DNA from: an uncultured Alphaproteobacteria bacterium
Lineage (GTDB): Bacteria > Pseudomonadota > Alphaproteobacteria > VGEJ01
Length of the DNA stretch: 64,000 bases
Assembly: GCA_913041535.1 (NCBI GenBank)
Contig: CAJWJK010000002.1
Location: 138,793 to 202,792 of the forward strand
Reading direction: 5' to 3'
Shown: positions 32,133 through 41,384 of the stretch, piece after piece
How the letters are laid out: each line of letters opens with the position of its first letter
Numbering within the stretch: the stretch's first letter is position 1
Notes under the pieces: model-generated
The model's input: only the letters and a program-made list of their open reading frames with translations
What the model was told of the DNA's origin: nothing
The model's database searches: none
Program-made: the position numbers and the translations under genes

Positions 32133-32930
32133 TTAGTGTTCATTAACCACTGCACTTTTAAGATCAATCCTGATGGGTGCAATTATTGCAATCGCCTTTA
32201 ATTGGACAGGAATTAGTGGGGAGTTATTGAGGATTGATGCAAACCAAACTGAAACTGTTTCAGGGTCCTCTGTGCGGGGCAGCCAGGGCTTTGATGAAAA
32301 GCCAGCGATCCGCTCCAACGTAATGTCAATTCTTGTCGCGGGACCGTGATAAGCGGGGGTGTTCACATTTTCAATACCAATACTGTTAATCTGCAGATTG
32401 TAACGCCGCCGTCCATCGAACACTTTGAGTTCTCTCTCTAAACCAGCTGGGAGAATTGTGGTGGTAATATCGAGAGCAGCACTAAGGGGATCGATCGTCA
32501 TCCCGACGAGTTTGGGGGGCACTGAATCCCTTCCATCTTTAGCCGCGGTTGGGATTGCTGTGACTAACGGATATTGCCAATCGGAGTAATTTATTCTGAC
32601 TTTTCGGTAGGCCCCCAACCAATAATTATCGGCGCGGTGTTTCAGTGGCCTAAATTCCCTGTTCTCTACAATGCCTTCTGTGACTGCCTTAGAGGTAAAG
32701 CCAATCATGAAATCAAATAGTCCGACAGTTTTAGAATGGCTGGTTAATTTGTACCTGTCGTTAACAATGTCGGCAGTTAGAGCGAACTCATTAGCATGTA
32801 TTCCGCCAAGAAATAGGTGATAGGTCAAAAAGAATTCTTTTGCGGATGACGGTGATACGAACAGGAACAAAAAAAGGACCGTGAGACATTTTCTCGAAAA
32901 CAGACAGAAAAGAGCATTGTGATGAACCAT
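32133..32930 (-). CDS. Exported hypothetical protein
   Basis: A signal-peptide-like N-terminus (MVHHNALFCLFSRKCLTVLFLFLFVSPSSA) begins at the internal Met at 32930. The ORF-track start at 33050 adds 40 aa with no signal character. Confidence 0.4.
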   Translation of the reverse strand: MVHHNALFCLFSRKCLTVLFLFLFVSPSSAKEFFLTYHLFLGGIHANEFALTADIVNDRYKLTSHSKTVGLFDFMIGFTSKAVTEGIVENREFRPLKHRADNYWLGAYRKVRINYSDWQYPLVTAIPTAAKDGRDSVPPKLVGMTIDPLSAALDITTTILPAGLERELKVFDGRRRYNLQINSIGIENVNTPAYHGPATRIDITLERIAGFSSKPWLPRTEDPETVSVWFASILNNSPLIPVQLKAIAIIAPIRIDLKSAVVNEH

Positions 32931-33233
32931 AGCTATGCTTGGTCTATGCTGTGTGAACCCAAAGGTATTGGCGACGTGTCTTAAGAATCTACTGCGTGAT
33001 GACATAAGGCAAGGTGTTGCATAATTAACACAGAAACATTTTCCTGCCAAATATTGGTAGCAAGACGTTGCTAAACTCGACGAACAGGCTTATTAAACTT
33101 GGCAGATGTTTTGGTTTCCATGATATTTTTAGGGTTCTAGGGCATTAAATTTTTGAATTCCTGCCGAACCGCCTTGCGGTTTTTGGCAAAGGTGTTTAAT
33201 GTATCGTTGTGTTTTTGCGGGAGGTGCGCGGAG

Positions 33234-33500
33234 ATGTTGGCGAGAAAACAAATTAAGGCGCTAGCGTTAGGAGCTGCGTTAGTGATAGCACCAGCGGTCG
33301 GTTATGCACAGTCGCAGTCTGAACAGACTGGGCTGGGTAGTGCTGCGGGTCAGGAAGAAGTTGGGTTGCTGGGGGGTCTTTCGTCAGGAACTATAGCTAC
33401 TGCAGCAGTGGCGGCCGCGGTGGCCGTTGCGGTGGCAGCAGCGTTGGCTGATGACTCGGCGACTACGACGGGCGTCACGACTGGACCTCCTACGAACTAA
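33234..33500 (+). CDS. Small secreted Ala/Gly/Thr-rich protein, YjbE/GfcA-like
   Basis: The ATG at 33234 is preceded by GGGAGG. It has a signal peptide (ALALGAALVIAPAVGYA|Q) and then low-complexity A/S/T/G-rich sequence. That resembles the E. coli YjbE and GfcA threonine-rich exoproteins that head yjb and gfc operons. Confidence 0.45.
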   Translation: MLARKQIKALALGAALVIAPAVGYAQSQSEQTGLGSAAGQEEVGLLGGLSSGTIATAAVAAAVAVAVAAALADDSATTTGVTTGPPTN

Positions 33501-33560
33501 TACGGATTGCGGGTAGGGGCTAGCTAGTAGCAGCTCCGCCGTAGTGTTGGTTATGTTGAC

Positions 33561-33590
33561 AAACGGCCCTTTTGGGCCGTTTGTTTATGC
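33561..33590. terminator. Intrinsic-terminator-like GC hairpin between convergent genes
   Basis: AAACGGCCC-tttt-GGGCCGTTT is followed by GTTTAT on the plus strand. It sits between the 33234..33500 gene and the stop of the minus-strand 33585..34322 gene. Confidence 0.5.
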
Positions 33591-34322
33591 GGCAGGCTTT
33601 AACACCTCAATATCAATTGGTGGATATTCTTTGACGATGTGTTGTCGGCTTTTCCAGATAAAGCCATCATATGCATCTGCCCAGTAATAGTTGTCGAAAT
33701 GCCAGCGCATGGTTTGGGCGCTGTTGCGCTCTCGGACTAGTACTGTATCGAATTTGAGTTCGAGGATGGTTATAGTGACTTTTTTTACGGTCTCAAATAC
33801 AGAGGTGATTGGCACCCCGTAACGGTTCTCAGCATCAATATCTATTGTCCGTGTGAATCGTGTGTTAGGAGATAGTTCATGTAGCTGTCCGGAGACTGGG
33901 TCGCGCACATTCATGTAAGTATTTTTGATATTGCGGGGCAATCCAGCTGTTTTGACGAGTCGGCCCTGACGTGTAACAACTGCAACACGGTCCGCTGATA
34001 CGTAATGGAGGTCTTGCCCATCGTACCGGCTGAGGACTAAAAGTGAACGCTCGCCTTTACCAATCTTTGCCAGGACAGTTGCGTATGGTAGCTTTGTTAT
34101 GTCGTCTCGATGTATAGGGATATCGGGTTTGCCAAATACAGCGTACTGCATAGCGTCGGGCAGGTTGGCTAGGACGGGGATTTTGAAAGAGTCTCCGCAT
34201 CCTGCAGCTAGCATACCTACGCCTGACAGTAAGGCCATGCGTCTCGTTAGATTAAAGTGTGAGGGGAGATAATTATGCACCGAAAATCCAAACAATGGTT
34301 GAAAGGCATTGACAAAAGCCAT
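33585..34322 (-). CDS. YjbF/GfcB-family lipoprotein (group-4-capsule-type polysaccharide lipoprotein)
   Basis: The lipobox reads MLAAGC. The conserved core ...LPYATVLAKIGKGERSLLVLSRYDGQDLHYVSADRVAVVTRQGRLVKTAGL... resembles YjbF/GfcB. The start is ambiguous between Met1 at 34322 (an RR n-region, which would overlap the divergent gene) and Met29 at 34238. Confidence 0.55.
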   Translation of the reverse strand: MAFVNAFQPLFGFSVHNYLPSHFNLTRRMALLSGVGMLAAGCGDSFKIPVLANLPDAMQYAVFGKPDIPIHRDDITKLPYATVLAKIGKGERSLLVLSRYDGQDLHYVSADRVAVVTRQGRLVKTAGLPRNIKNTYMNVRDPVSGQLHELSPNTRFTRTIDIDAENRYGVPITSVFETVKKVTITILELKFDTVLVRERNSAQTMRWHFDNYYWADAYDGFIWKSRQHIVKEYPPIDIEVLKPAA

Positions 34323-37163
34323 ATTAGCCGATGTTTGGCCGTTATGGTGATCATAATGACATTTAGTTTGGTTACCAGTTTTGGCCTAGAGGCTCAGGAA
34401 GAGTCGGGCACACTTGAAGAATTTCTAGATAAACTGGAGGATTTGCAGAAAGATAGCATCGGAATGCCTTCACTTGAGGGCGGTTCTCCTTTGGATAAAA
34501 GTAGAGAAAAGTCAATTGATAGGAGTTTGGATCGCAATTCCATTGTAGGACGTCAGCGCAATATTGAGCGAGAACAAACTCTCGGTGGCTTCACAATGCG
34601 TGAGCAGTTTCTCATCCAGAAATTCTGTGATGGCACAATTAAGGATGAAGACGTACAGGTTGTGAGATTCTTTTCGCGCTTTTCACGGCTTGAGCAGGAC
34701 TATTGTCAACGTGTAGATCACTCACTATTCCAGTTTGGCTATAACCTATTTACTCTGGAGACTGACACCTCTGATGTGTTGCAGATCGGCGCGATTGGGG
34801 ATGATTACGTAGTAGGCATTGGTGATGAGTTTATAATAAGTTTTCAAGGTCCGAATTCCCAAACAATTACTAGACGTGTTGATCGTGAAGGTAGGTTGAT
34901 ACTTCAGGACCTTGGCGCAATACCCACCGTCGGGCGAGCTTTTAGCGAAGTCCGTAAGGACATTGAGGACAGGACCGAGAGTGTTCTTCTTGGAACGACC
35001 GTAATGGTATCCATCGGGGCAGTGCGTGAGCTCTCAGTTACTGTTGCAGGGGAAGTTGTAGTGCCAGGTACGTATACGCTTTCGAGCCTGTCAACGATGA
35101 TGGATGCATTAAGCAGTGCTGGAGGAATTCGTAAAACTGGTAGTTTGAGGACAATACAGGTAAAGCGTGGTGATTTAGTATTTTGGGTAGACGTTTATGA
35201 CCTGCACTTCGGCGCCTCAATGTCCAGCGATGTTCCATTGTATGACGGTGATTATATTACTGTACCCTTGATTGGGGCTACTGTTGCTGTTTCAGGTAAT
35301 GTTATGAGACCCGGTATATATGAATTGCCAGAAGGATCCAGCACGCTGCAAATAAAAGATTTATTGGATCTATCTGGCGGTACCTTGAGGCCTCGAGGAT
35401 ACCGACTTTCTCGTATCACCTTCGATGCAATAGGTCGCCAACTGATAGTTGAACAGACCGATGATGGCGCTGATCTAACGGACGGGGATATTTTGGTTGT
35501 TAATAGGCGTGAGGATGTTCAGTTAGGCGCAGTTGAGCTGATTGGGCATGTGAAAGTCCCTGGCTGGCGTGCTCTATCCAGTGCGCAAACCGCACGGGCT
35601 TTGATTCGTGATAATAATAGCCTGGAGGACAATCCTTATTTGTTATTCGCAGTAATTGAGACTTCTGACCCTGTCACTCAGGCAAGACGCATGTTCCCAA
35701 TAAGCCTTCTTTCAATCCTTGCGTCGCGAAGGGATTTTAAATTGAGAGATGGAGATAAACTTATTGTATTGAGCAACGAAGATATTCGCTATTTGTCGTC
35801 TCGAGATGTACAAGGAATCATTAGTGTAACACATACGGGAGAGAGAATTGGTTTAGATGGCTTGGCGAAGAGAACGTCGCCACTAAGCCTAGATCGAAGA
35901 AGGCTAGCGGAGACGTTGGTTGCAAATGCCCAGAAAAAACAGGATGTAAATCGTGAATCTACCTCAGACTCAGATGGTAATAGTGACAAGATAGGCGGTG
36001 ATGAGTGTGAAGGCCGTAAAAGGCTTGCGGCACTGGTTGCCCAATCACGACCCGGGCGCTTTGCAAGTGCGGTTCGTGCGGTGGGTTCTAGTCCTAATCA
36101 AAAAGACTTTGTTGATATGGAATGTCCTGCGATATTTCATAACTACCCCGACCTTCTTCCTCTCGCACTTGAACACGTCGCCTCAGTTAATGGAGAAGTG
36201 CGAATTCCAGGGCCTTATCCGGTACTACCAGAAACATCTCTTTCCCATATTCTGTCCGTAGTTGGTGGTACAACGAGAGCTGCGGATCTGGCAAGAGTAG
36301 AAATTCAACGGGGCTCTGGTTCAGGACGGTCAACAAGAGACGTAATAGATTTAGCTAGAGTTGAAACACGTAATGTCTCTTTGGGGCCTGGCGATTCTAT
36401 TAGATTTAGCCAAGTATTCACCGATCGTGATAATGGTCCAGTAGAAATCACCGGAGAAGTTGCGAAGCCAGGTTTCTACCATATTCGTCGCGGGGAAAGG
36501 CTTTCAGAACTTGTTGCAAGGGCTGGTGGCATGACACCGCAAGCCTACCCCTTAGGGGCTATATTCACCCGCGATCGTGTTCGGCAGGCACAACAAATTG
36601 GCTATGAGAGAGCTGCTCGAGAGCTAAACGCCTCTTTGGCTATAGCGGCGGCTCAAGAGGAGGTGAACCCTGTTGCGCTATCACAGGTCTTTGAAATGTT
36701 GTCTGAGCTAAATACGGTTCAGGCACTTGGTCGGGTGGTAATTGAAGCTGATCCAACTGTTCTCCAAGTAAGACCTGAATTAGATAGTGTTTTAGAGCCC
36801 GGGGATAAACTTTTTGTTCCTAAACGCCCCAGTTCCGTCCTTGTCATTGGTGATGTATTAAGTCCAGGAGCACTCCAGTTTATTTCAGGGACGAAGGTAG
36901 ACCAGTATATTAGACAAGCGGGAGGTTTCCAGAGGTCAGCTGATGAGGATCGGGTTTTTTTAGTTTATCCAAACGGGGAGGCGCAACCGGTTGCAGTTAG
37001 TGTCTGGAACTACACACCAGTTCAGGTTCCGCCTGGCAGCACGATCGTTGTGCCGAAGGATCCGGCTCCACTCAACATATTCCAAATAACTAAGGAATTT
37101 GCGCAAGTTGTAAGTCAGCTAGCCATAACTGCCGCGTCCCTAGCGGTGATTGGTAACAATTAA
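34275..37163 (+). CDS. Giant outer-membrane polysaccharide export (OPX) protein, Wza/GfcE-like, with a Poly_export domain and multiple SLBB domains
   Basis: 962 aa. The start is supported by GAGGGGAG. It has a signal sequence and a Poly_export-like segment (IGDEFIISFQGPNSQTITRRVDREGRLILQDLGAIPTVG). Four or five beta-grasp SLBB-like repeats follow (G-V-PG-Y-L...L..AGG). The C-terminal amphipathic helix LNIFQITKEFAQVVSQLAITAASLAVIG resembles the Wza outer-membrane helix. Confidence 0.7.
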   Translation: MHRKSKQWLKGIDKSHISRCLAVMVIIMTFSLVTSFGLEAQEESGTLEEFLDKLEDLQKDSIGMPSLEGGSPLDKSREKSIDRSLDRNSIVGRQRNIEREQTLGGFTMREQFLIQKFCDGTIKDEDVQVVRFFSRFSRLEQDYCQRVDHSLFQFGYNLFTLETDTSDVLQIGAIGDDYVVGIGDEFIISFQGPNSQTITRRVDREGRLILQDLGAIPTVGRAFSEVRKDIEDRTESVLLGTTVMVSIGAVRELSVTVAGEVVVPGTYTLSSLSTMMDALSSAGGIRKTGSLRTIQVKRGDLVFWVDVYDLHFGASMSSDVPLYDGDYITVPLIGATVAVSGNVMRPGIYELPEGSSTLQIKDLLDLSGGTLRPRGYRLSRITFDAIGRQLIVEQTDDGADLTDGDILVVNRREDVQLGAVELIGHVKVPGWRALSSAQTARALIRDNNSLEDNPYLLFAVIETSDPVTQARRMFPISLLSILASRRDFKLRDGDKLIVLSNEDIRYLSSRDVQGIISVTHTGERIGLDGLAKRTSPLSLDRRRLAETLVANAQKKQDVNRESTSDSDGNSDKIGGDECEGRKRLAALVAQSRPGRFASAVRAVGSSPNQKDFVDMECPAIFHNYPDLLPLALEHVASVNGEVRIPGPYPVLPETSLSHILSVVGGTTRAADLARVEIQRGSGSGRSTRDVIDLARVETRNVSLGPGDSIRFSQVFTDRDNGPVEITGEVAKPGFYHIRRGERLSELVARAGGMTPQAYPLGAIFTRDRVRQAQQIGYERAARELNASLAIAAAQEEVNPVALSQVFEMLSELNTVQALGRVVIEADPTVLQVRPELDSVLEPGDKLFVPKRPSSVLVIGDVLSPGALQFISGTKVDQYIRQAGGFQRSADEDRVFLVYPNGEAQPVAVSVWNYTPVQVPPGSTIVVPKDPAPLNIFQITKEFAQVVSQLAITAASLAVIGNN

Positions 37164-40128
37164 TCCGCATAACGACGGCAAGAGAGCTAGAAGAATGTGC
37201 GTGATTGTAAAACACGCTTTTCAAGTATTCCTGATAGTAGTTCTAGGAATTGGCGTGCTCAGGCTAACTTCTGTGGCGTCAGCGGAAGAGTTCTATATTC
37301 CATCGGTCAACAATTTTGGCGGTGTTGGCCTTATGATGACGAGGACTGCGCGTTTTGGAGCTGATGGAGAATTTGCAATCGGGTTCTCGGAGATAGATCC
37401 GTATCGGCGATATTTTATCACAGTTCAAGCTCTGCCATGGCTTGAGGCCACATTTCGCTACTCTGATCTAACAAAGATCCCCTTGGGAGGAGATACTTTT
37501 AAGGATCGGGGTGCGGACCTCAAATTTAAGTTATTGAACGAACAGAAGTACATACCAGCAGTAGCATTAGGCCTACAGGATGGTATTGGCACGGGCTTGT
37601 TTGATGGAGAATATATTGTCGCAAGTAAGAGGTATATGGATTTAGATTTCTCTCTAGGTATTGGATGGGGCTATCTGGGTACTCGCGGTGATATCAAGAA
37701 CCCATTGAGTCTTGTAACAACTTATTTTGATAACAGAGATGCAAATTCTGGTCGTGGCGGTAAATTTAATCCCGCTAATTACTTCTCTGGCAAGAGAGCG
37801 TCTCTTTTTGGGGGAGTGGAGTATTTCACACCTATTGATGGGTTGACCCTCAAAGTAGAGTACGAAGGCAATGATTATTCTGATGAGCCCCGTACAGAGT
37901 TTGGCAACAAAGTAGCTGTTGCAACATCGCCAATAAACTTTGGCATAAATTATAGACCGTTCTCGTGGCTTGATATCGCTGCTGGCCGTGAGCGGGGTTA
38001 TGAAGGTGTGGTCCGTATGGCTATGAGAGCAAACTTCCACACATCTAAAACACCGAAGTTTGATCTACCTCCCGTGCCTTTAAAATCTCGTATGGCAGTC
38101 AAACAGAAAGCAGCGCATGATTCTCTACCAGCCATCGAGGATGTTACGTCAACGCTGAATGATGACTTTGCGATAATAGGACTTAACGTAGATTCTGTTG
38201 AGTTTACCAATCAGAAGGTATTTGTGCGTGTATCGGATGTTATAGACCGTGTGTCGGATTCGGAATTGATACGGGCAGCGCATAGCGCATCGAACGCTTT
38301 TAGCGATGCCGTATCGTCCGTAACTATAATAGGGTCTGATTCGCTTGATGGTATAGAAACGGTTTCATATACAGCATCGGAGCTAACGCAGTTTCAAATT
38401 GTCGATTACTTATTTGATGATCTGGATAAATATGGAGTAGAGGCAGTTGAGTTATCTCACACTGAAGCACAGGTATATCTTAACTCTAGCCTCTCTCGAG
38501 TAGAACAGGAGAAGGCGGCGCTGGCAGTTGTCACAGTCGCCCCTACGCCCTTAGAAAAGGTCACATTTGTCAATATTTCGGACGATCAGGTGTTTAATCG
38601 TTTAACTATATCACGAAAGGAGATCACCAGATCATCACTTGTGAATCAGATGTTTGATGGACTTGAGGAGATGGGATTCTCTGTTGAGGCCGTAGACGTT
38701 TCAGAGGGCGCGGCTACCGTGACTGTTATGTCTAAAACAAATGTTAGCGCGGAGGTGTATCGTCGCGCAGCATGGATTGTTGCTGATTCGGTTGTCTCTT
38801 CAGTCGAAGAGGTAACACTTGTCGGACTGGAAAATGGCCGTGAGATAGAACGTATAACTGTGTTAGCGAGCAGTGACAGCTATGTTGGAGTTAATTCAGG
38901 TAGTAGCGTCATAGACGTATCTAGCATTGAATCTGCGGATGATATCTTTGACGAACTAGCCCAACAGGGTGCACAGGTTGATGCGTTACACTTTACACCT
39001 ACTCGCGCTACGGTATTTGTCACTCCGACCCGTTTTCGGGAGGCAGCACGAAATATTGGGCGGCCGGCTAGGGTTATAGCAAACAGCGCTCCTGCTACGG
39101 TTGAGCAAATATCAATCGTTACTATGGCCGATGGTATGCCCATTAACCATGTAACATTAATGCGCCGTGATCTTGAACGGGCTGTTTCTCGTGAGGGCAG
39201 TGTTGAAGAGTTATGGAAGCAGGCGGAAATGAATGGTGGAGCTGAAGTTCCACAAACTTCCGTGGTCCCGGCGCAAAGATACCCATCATTTAATTGGAGT
39301 TTAACGCCGAATACTCGACAGTACATACATGATGAGGCTCAATTCCTACTGTATCAGTTATTTGCAAGGCTAAATGGAACTCTTGAATATAGTAGGGGGT
39401 TGAGTTTCGAGGGCACCTTATTTGCTAATCTCTATAATAACTTTGAAAAGGCCAGCACAGATTCAAATAGTCTGTTACCAAGGGTACGTAGTGAAATTGT
39501 TAAGTATCTTCAAGGTACGGATAACAAGATCCTTCGGCTTACTGCAAACTATCGTTTTTCGCCAAAGACTGATGTTTATGCACGTGTCTCAGGTGGCATT
39601 TACGAAGAAATGTTTGGGGGCATTGGCGCGGAGGTGCTTTATAGGCCCTTCGGATCACGTTGGGCTATTGGAGCTGATGTTAACCGAGTAAAACAGCGTG
39701 ATTTCCAAGGGGGGTTTGGGTTCTTCGATTATGAAGTAACGACCGGACATGCAAATATCCACTATCAGTTGCCCGTTTATGACATGTCTGCTGCGGTGTA
39801 TCTTGGCCAGTACTTAGCAGGTGATAGAGGCGCTTCATATTTTGTTTGGCGAAATTTTGAAAATGGTATGTCCGTTGGGGGATGGGTGACGCTAACTAAT
39901 GTTCCAGCGAATGTCTTCGGGGAAGGAAGTTTTGATAAGGGGTTTTTCATTCGGATACCGTTCGACGTATTTCTTATGAAATCAACACGAAAGTCCGGTG
40001 TCTTTTCTTTCCAGCCCTTATCGCGGGACGGGGGTCAAATATTGTTAGGCAGCAAACAGCTCTACGAGCTTACTCGAAGTGGAAGTCTTGGTGAACTTTC
40101 TCGAGATTGGGGCTTGGTATTACACTAG
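37150..40128 (+). CDS. YjbH/GfcD-family outer-membrane protein with an internal insertion of four tandem modules
   Basis: 992 aa. The N-terminus (...FYIPSVNNFGGVGLMMTRTARFGADGEFAIGFSEIDPYRRYFITVQALPWLEATFRYSDL...KDRGADLKFKLL...PAVALGLQDGIGTGLFDGEYIVASKRY...GIGWGYLG) matches the YjbH family. The C-terminus is rich in aromatic and Gly residues, consistent with a beta-barrel. The middle region holds four modules of about 87 aa. Confidence 0.7.
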   Translation: MVTINPHNDGKRARRMCVIVKHAFQVFLIVVLGIGVLRLTSVASAEEFYIPSVNNFGGVGLMMTRTARFGADGEFAIGFSEIDPYRRYFITVQALPWLEATFRYSDLTKIPLGGDTFKDRGADLKFKLLNEQKYIPAVALGLQDGIGTGLFDGEYIVASKRYMDLDFSLGIGWGYLGTRGDIKNPLSLVTTYFDNRDANSGRGGKFNPANYFSGKRASLFGGVEYFTPIDGLTLKVEYEGNDYSDEPRTEFGNKVAVATSPINFGINYRPFSWLDIAAGRERGYEGVVRMAMRANFHTSKTPKFDLPPVPLKSRMAVKQKAAHDSLPAIEDVTSTLNDDFAIIGLNVDSVEFTNQKVFVRVSDVIDRVSDSELIRAAHSASNAFSDAVSSVTIIGSDSLDGIETVSYTASELTQFQIVDYLFDDLDKYGVEAVELSHTEAQVYLNSSLSRVEQEKAALAVVTVAPTPLEKVTFVNISDDQVFNRLTISRKEITRSSLVNQMFDGLEEMGFSVEAVDVSEGAATVTVMSKTNVSAEVYRRAAWIVADSVVSSVEEVTLVGLENGREIERITVLASSDSYVGVNSGSSVIDVSSIESADDIFDELAQQGAQVDALHFTPTRATVFVTPTRFREAARNIGRPARVIANSAPATVEQISIVTMADGMPINHVTLMRRDLERAVSREGSVEELWKQAEMNGGAEVPQTSVVPAQRYPSFNWSLTPNTRQYIHDEAQFLLYQLFARLNGTLEYSRGLSFEGTLFANLYNNFEKASTDSNSLLPRVRSEIVKYLQGTDNKILRLTANYRFSPKTDVYARVSGGIYEEMFGGIGAEVLYRPFGSRWAIGADVNRVKQRDFQGGFGFFDYEVTTGHANIHYQLPVYDMSAAVYLGQYLAGDRGASYFVWRNFENGMSVGGWVTLTNVPANVFGEGSFDKGFFIRIPFDVFLMKSTRKSGVFSFQPLSRDGGQILLGSKQLYELTRSGSLGELSRDWGLVLH

Positions 40129-40130
40129 TT

Positions 40131-41282
40131 TTAAGAAGGACGAGACAAACTCTCGTAGACTTTCTGATACATTTCGACAACGTTATTAATAGAGTAGTGT
40201 TCGGTGGCCCGTTGTCGCGCTAATCTTCCCAGGTGGTTCTGATTTTTGCGGATTTTCTCAAGTAGTTTTAGGCAGGCGTTTGCCATGAGTTTAGGGTCCC
40301 TGGGGGGGACTGAAAACCCAGTTGTATCCACGATTTGTCGAGAATCGCCAACGTCAGTAGTAACGCAAGGTACCCCAGATGCCATTGCTTCAACTAGTAC
40401 ATTTGGAAAGGCCTCTCCGTGCGAGGATGCGACAGCAACGATGTCCAATGCAGACATTATCTTGGGCATATCATTTCGGATGCCAAGTAGGGAGACTCGA
40501 TCTTCAAGGTGGTATTTATATACCCAATCCTTCAGTTGTTGGTTTTTAAAAGAGATGTTTTCCCCACAAAAGAGATAACGCACGCTATCGTGCTGTCGGG
40601 ACATAATTTCTGCTGAGCTAAGAAAACCTTCGTGATCTTTCTGTGAGTGAAAACGCCCAATTAATCCTATCAGTGGCTGTTCAGGCCCTATGCCAAGTTG
40701 AAGGCGCATACGTTCTCTAGAAGCTAGGTCAGGTTTAAACTTCTCTATATCTACACCGTTAGGAATTATTTTAAACTTGTTAGACGGGTAACCAAGTTCT
40801 ACATGAATGTCTCGCGCAGTTTCTGAATTACATATGATCTTTTGTGGTACCCAACGGGATAGTAATGCACAAGTCCGTGCAGTGAGTATGGTGCTGCGCT
40901 TATCAGTCTTGGGGTTTAAATCAGCATGTCGGATATTCCAAACTATATTGTTCTGGCGTGCTAAGCGGCCAGCTATACCCCCAACGAGATCCGCGTGATA
41001 TAGCCATGTTTGTACCACATCGGGTTTTTGTTTTCTGATGTGGTTTACTAGTTTACTTACGCTTAATGCGGCGGCGGGACCGTGGCTCATATTTAAGGCA
41101 TTCACTGACATTCCTAGTTCTTGAAACCTTCTTCCTAATGTATTGAGGTCGTTTAAAGAGGTAACGCTCTGCTGGTATTTGAAAGGATCAAGGCGCTCGA
41201 GAAGATGAGAGAGCATCGTTTGGGCGCCGCCAATTGGGAGGCCGGTAATGACGTGATGAATTTTTTGGGGCCTTAAGCGCAT
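40131..41282 (-). CDS. Glycosyltransferase family 4 (GT-B)
   Basis: 383 aa. The C-terminal EAFPNVLVEAMASGVPCVTTDVG is an E-x7-E-like GT4 motif. Confidence 0.8.
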   Translation of the reverse strand: MRLRPQKIHHVITGLPIGGAQTMLSHLLERLDPFKYQQSVTSLNDLNTLGRRFQELGMSVNALNMSHGPAAALSVSKLVNHIRKQKPDVVQTWLYHADLVGGIAGRLARQNNIVWNIRHADLNPKTDKRSTILTARTCALLSRWVPQKIICNSETARDIHVELGYPSNKFKIIPNGVDIEKFKPDLASRERMRLQLGIGPEQPLIGLIGRFHSQKDHEGFLSSAEIMSRQHDSVRYLFCGENISFKNQQLKDWVYKYHLEDRVSLLGIRNDMPKIMSALDIVAVASSHGEAFPNVLVEAMASGVPCVTTDVGDSRQIVDTTGFSVPPRDPKLMANACLKLLEKIRKNQNHLGRLARQRATEHYSINNVVEMYQKVYESLSRPS

Positions 41283-41384
41283 TGGCGAACCGTTTGTATG
41301 TTTGTCTGGTTGAGTAATTTAACTATATTGGCACTCTGTAGATTGTTTGTTAATGCATACTTTGGAGGTTACTACCGTTATACC

